DNA of 37,346 nt from Jimgerdemannia flammicorona (Eukaryota), in contig RBNJ01000191.1 in assembly GCA_003990765.1 (NCBI GenBank), forward strand, positions 1 through 37,346. Direction: 5' to 3'. The translations under genes and the position numbers were made by a program. This document shows, piece by piece, positions 32,300-37,346 of this stretch. The notes below the pieces were generated by a model. The model was not told the DNA's origin. It did not search any database and saw nothing but the letters and a program-made list of their open reading frames with translations. Positions within the stretch are counted from its first letter, which is position 1; every line of letters begins with the position of its first letter.

Positions 32300-35200
32300 C
32301 TATAATAAAAATGATACAATATCACCCCATCCCCTCAACCAATACTCCATGGACCCATTCTCCCCCCTCTATACCTCTCTGTCAGAGGACAACCCATTCA
32401 CCCACCACCCGAATCCTCCTGCCACTCTTCCAGAAGATACACTATACCAAACTTCTGTGACTCCCCCCACCCAGTCCCCACCCTTGCCACCAGCAATTCA
32501 AAATGTCTAGTAATAATCATTCCAAATATACTACCTTATCCCCAACCCCAATCCACTGGCCCTCTTCAAATAAATATACTTAATATCCTGCCATCTCAAC
32601 CCATATAGTCAGAGCCCAGCCAAGAGTCAGCCATTCATCCCCAATGCCACTGACCAGCCTTCAGCAGAGCTCTCCCCATATCCCCCCTGCCCCTCTCTCT
32701 AGGGCTCACAGCCCCAACTGGTCCATGATATGTCTCCAAAACACTCCCAAAATGTCACACTTTGGCAAGCCAATGTTCAGATATTTGTACCACTCCTCCC
32801 TCCTGATCAATATCAAAACATTCCTCACACTCAAATGTGCCACCATCCACCAAGTGCTCAGACTGATAGTTCAACATCACATTCCACCATAGAACTTGCA
32901 GAACTTGGGAGGCAGCCACCACATCACCTGCTTGCTCCAAAGCCAGAGCCCATTCCAGTCCCACTCCTCACCAATCCCAACCCTCTGCCAGGCTTCAGGC
33001 CAAAGATCTCCACCCAAGCCCTGCAGACACTCCATACCCTCCCCAAGCTGGAAGTCCTCCACCAAAACACCACCCAGCAGTAGTCTGTCTCACCACCACA
33101 TCCATGGTCCCCAATCCTCTGCTCCTTCATCCCTCTGCCACCAAAGTCCAATTCTCTTAGCTCTATCCACCACCCCCCACCAGAAGCCCTTATACTACAT
33201 CCTCTTGCTCCCATCTATGGCCACCATTGTAAGCAGGTCACCAGAGTCTCCATGAGGGGAATACCAGACCTCCCACACCCTCTGCATAAGTGGCACCCAT
33301 TTCCAGCCTCTCAGCTCACTTGCTCTCCTCAGCCACCAGGTCCACAAACAATGAAGCTGTTTGGTAAACTCCACTAAACCCAGCCCACCTCTTTCCACTG
33401 ATAGTATAAGTGCCTCCCAACCTATTTGACTTCATTACCCTCCCCAGATCCATGATCTTGCCATCTTCAACAGCCCTCTGACCACCCAAGTTGGAAAATC
33501 TAGATGATACCCCACATACCATAGCTTCAGCAGCCAATACACATTCAGCACTATTACTCTTCTTGCTAAGGATATATGCCAACCCCCCCATCGCAGAAGT
33601 ATATTTCCCCACTCCAGAAGTTGTTGGTCTCACCATACATGAGAGAGAAGTGACCTAAACACTGAGAAGTAGATCCCCAAGTAATACACTGGCTTGCCTG
33701 CCAGCACCACCTTCCCAATCACATTGCCACCAATGATTCCACCACCTAGCACCAGAGTCTCGCATTTGTGCCAATTGAGTTTAGCACCAGAACCCCTCTC
33801 ATACCATTCAACAGACTGCTGTAATTCCCCCACATCAACCAACGAGCCCAGTCCAACCACTATGTCATCTGCAAAGGCCCCCATCTTCCAATTAATCTCT
33901 AGAATGTCCAAACCCCCAATTCAATACCAGATTCTGTCCAGTAGGGGCTCTAGGGAGAGGGCATATAAGATGGGTAACAAAGGGTCATCTTGTGGCACCC
34001 TATGGCCAAGAGGAAAGACCATACCCCTGTGGTCATTGACTACAAACACAGCCTAACTGTCCTCCAAAAGACTGATCAATAACCTATGGAACCCCAGGGG
34101 AATATCAATCCATTTCAACACTCTCTCTAATCAGATCCTCCACACTCTATCATACACCTTCTTCTGATCCAAAAAGACCAACCGGCCATCCACTCCTGCA
34201 GCCCAGGCTCCTTCAATCATACTATGCACTCAAGCAGTCCCATCACAGATCAACTAGCCACTGACAAATCCACATTGCTCCACATCAAGCACTTGCTGAG
34301 CAATTCCTTGCAGCCTCATCACCAATATCTTCATTACCAGTTTGCAGTCCATGTCGAGTAGCATGATCAGCCACCAGTTCTTCCAATCTTCTCACCTCCT
34401 CTTATTCTTGTAGAGCAAGGAAACCAGTCCTAGGCACTGGCCCCCAATCCAAGTTCCAGACCGAAGAACCTCACCACACATATCTGTCATTTCCTCCAAT
34501 ACCTCGCTCACCCCCACCATCTTCTTCCAAAAATCCCAGAGAAGTCTATCCTCCTCCAGAGCTATCCCCTTACTGGTTGTGGCCAAAACCTTGCAAATTT
34601 CCTCTCCACTCACTGGGTCTCCCAAAGTCCCCAGGCCTATTGCAAGGTCCAGATGCCAATCTCCCAGCTGTCTTTCAATGTCCAAGGCATCCTCTCCTTC
34701 TTCCTCCTCACTCCATAAATCCTCCCAATGAGTTCTCAGTAATCCCAGAATTACTGGAGTCCCCACCACCAGCTCTCCATCCCCATCCAGGACTCCCTCC
34801 CACTACTGCTTCATTCATCATGCTTGTAACATCCATGACAAAAACCTTGTAGGTCTCTCCCCCTCCTCTAGCCCCTACCACTGCAGCCATGCCACCATCC
34901 CCTTCAGCCTCACCTCCTCCTCTCTTCATAACACTACTTTAAGTTCCTCAACCTCCTTTTGGATCCTCACAATATATCAGTTGGTCACCTCTCAATCCTC
35001 TAGCACTCCTGCCCATCTCCCCATGAGCACTGCCAATCACTGCGAGGCCCTTAGCACTCTCTGCCATCATTGGGCACATCTTCCTTTCTCCACTTCCCTC
35101 CAATACCCCTGAGTATTCACCTTCAGCCTCCTCCAGTGGTCCCCAATTACCAGGCCCTAGTCCTGCCACCTCCCAATATTTCCAATAACCTCCTTTTCCC

Positions 35201-35983
35201 AGTCTTCCCACAAAACTACATCCTCTAATAAAGAAGAATTTAGTCACCAATATCCAGGCCCATCCTCACCTCCCCCAAACCTTCCCCCTCCTAGCAGCCC
35301 CCAGTGATCAGACCACAGACACCAAATCACCTCCAGCACTGTCCAGACATCTGCTCCCCAGCAATCTGCTGTCAAAATCCAGTCAATTCTGGAGCCAGCC
35401 CTGCTGCCCAGTGAGTATACACCCAACAATCACCCCAAAACTGTCTTCCCGAATCTACCAAAGAACTCAACCTCTCTGTCTCCAACCAGTCATCCAGCCC
35501 ACCACTCTTGCTTCACATTCCTCTCCCTCCATCTGTCCTGTACATCTCCTTATCCCATACTATGTTGAAGTCACCCCCCAAACAGTCCAACCCAATCTCA
35601 CCCAAGACACTGGCCTCTCTCAACCCATGAATCCAATCCACTCTCTCCCCTCTCTCAGCTGGGCAGTAATATGACCCAACCATCAATGGGCTCCATCCAG
35701 GCCTCTTCCACACTCCCCACACTACTCAAGACTGCCAATGTCAAATGTCTCCAATGTCCTCCATCCCTTTTTGAATGAGGATACCCACTCTCCCCATCCA
35801 TACTGCAGCCCCCCCCCATTCCCTAGTCCAATCCTGTAAGTCCACCTCTGCCTCATAATGGACATCCTGTAGCAAGAAGAGATCTGCATCCAGTCCCTTT
35901 AGCTATCCAAATATGTGCTTCCTCCTAGCCACCCCCCATAACCCATTTACATTCAAAGAGAGTATTCTAGTTATACTGTTCAT
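32300..35983 (-). pseudogene. LINE ORF2 (AP endonuclease + reverse transcriptase), disrupted; 3' end approximate
   Basis: 'MNSITRILSLNVNGL', 'LLQDVH', 'GGDFN', 'SRIDWIL', 'WSDH'; RT 'FLDQKKVYDSV', 'QDDPLLPILY', 'AFADDIVV', 'YYLGI'. Confidence 0.93.
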
Positions 35984-36040
35984 AATGAAAGAATGTTTGC
36001 ATTTGAAAACCCATCCTAATATTCCATGCTCATCTCATCT

Positions 36041-37346
36041 TCAGTCAGATCCAAGTACCACTCTGCTTCTAAGCCACTCTCCAACAGCCTGAGCATCCAG
36101 TGCCTCCAAGATTTCCTGACATTTCACCCCATCCACCACCTCCATCTCTGACTGGTAGTCTATGCAGACTGCTTGCCACTTCTCCAATCCCTTCCTTGAG
36201 TTCCACAAGAATGCTGCCTGGTCACTTACAATCCCCCTAAGCTCCTCCTCCCTCTGATCATTGACTTGGTATTCAACTGATTCCAAGAGGATCACCAAGA
36301 TCTCGTTTCTCACCTTCCTCAGTATCTCCTCCTCCTGTAGGATTCTCTCCCAATGCCTCTCTTTCATAACTCAGAAATCCTCTCCCTCCAGCTCCTCTGC
36401 TGCCATCCCTTTCAGAGTCTTCCACAGCCACTTCTCCTCCTCCACCACTTTTACCACCCCCTGGGCAATCTGACCACCCCACACCTCTGGGTCCACCAGA
36501 GTGCTTCTCCTCACTGACTCATCCCACTCCTCATCTGGTACATCCAGCAACTCCACCTCCCCCACAGCTTCGCCCAGGACACTATACCAAGAGTACCCTC
36601 CTTTACTCATTTCTGCATCTGCCTCCACACCTCCTTCCCTCACCTCTTCCAATCCAACCTGGGCCCCACCTTGGGCCAACCCACTTCCCCCAGTCCAGGC
36701 ACTCTTCCACAATCCCACTTCCCCATCCCCTGTGCTCCTGCCTGCTCCACCACTACCCAACTTCACCAGTAGCTCCTTCTGGACTTTCCTTCCCTGCATC
36801 TTCTCCCAGGTCACCCAATCTATTCTGACCCTCCTCCCATCAACCTCTTCCACTACTGTCCTGGCCTCATACTCCTTCCAGGCTAATTGCCTCCTCTCAA
36901 TCACCCCTTCCAGATCTTCCAGAGCCTCAAGCAAGTCTTCCTCCTCTTCTATAGTCCCCTTCATCCTTGTGACCTTGTACTCTATAGGTCCCCACCTCAG
37001 AGTCACTGGTCAGTCCCTTGTCTTCCCCGTGTTCTCCTTTCCAGCCAGCCTCACCCTGATATCAATGTCCTTAGTCTGGAGCTCTGTACTCTCTCAGACC
37101 TTGAACCCAATATCCACAATTTCTCTATACTCTTTGACTGCCTTCACAATCAACTCCCTTGCCCTCTCCTTTGACACTGTGAGAAGATCCAATACCATCA
37201 ACTGCACCACTTGGGGATCCCAGTGCATGCACCTGGCCATAGGGACCACAACCTCACCAACTGTCACCCCCTTCTCCATGGCTGCCAGTAGTGCTTCTTC
37301 TTCCTTGAACCCCACTTTGATCCCTTCTTTCTCCTTTTTTTTTTTT
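36041..37346 (-). pseudogene. LINE ORF1, disrupted by stops
   Basis: The ORF fragments 37315-37094, 37006-36371 and 36367-36041 are in one frame and end ~60 nt before the ORF2 ATG; charged, coiled-coil-like composition. Confidence 0.75.

Larger units (their letters stand above)
32211..37346 (-). mobile_element. L1/Tx1-like non-LTR retrotransposon (5' end beyond the window)
   Basis: 56-nt poly(A) tail (T-run 32211-32266); AATAAA ~20 nt upstream (32291-32286); ORF1 followed by an APE-RT ORF2. Confidence 0.93.

Noticed and set aside
32644..37174. Plus-strand Pro/Ser-rich ORFs
   Set aside because: They are antisense to the G-rich LINE coding strand and show no independent motifs.

Overview
This is eukaryotic DNA, most likely from a fungus; an early-diverging, Mucoromycota-like lineage is my inference, not something the sequence proves. 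One intact host gene, a 3-exon N-terminally membrane-anchored FkbM-family SAM methyltransferase (6097-8048, +), sits in a ~3 kb CpG-retaining island. Everything else is nested, C>T/G>A-eroded transposons: (i) a Ty1/copia relic (-, ~11875-29045) split by a 6.4 kb hAT DNA transposon (13925-20305, 8-bp TSD) and a complete Gag-PR-only Ty3/gypsy-type element (21394-27960, 4-bp TSD); (ii) two partial copies of a second Ty3/gypsy family with ~1.55 kb LTRs; (iii) two more minus-strand relatives of the Gag-PR family; (iv) two hAT-derived MITEs; (v) an L1/Tx1-like LINE with a 56-nt poly(A) tail. Most notable: the hAT transposon carries a spliced, convergently oriented cargo gene whose reconstructed product has the HxD...HxT layout of a TET/JBP-like 2OG-Fe(II) dioxygenase, a candidate transposon-encoded anti-methylation factor. 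Also notable: the two MITEs share a 119-bp palindrome with compensatory base changes, and one gypsy family encodes a conserved ~270-aa ORF inside its LTR. All family assignments come from motifs recognised by eye; no database searches were run.
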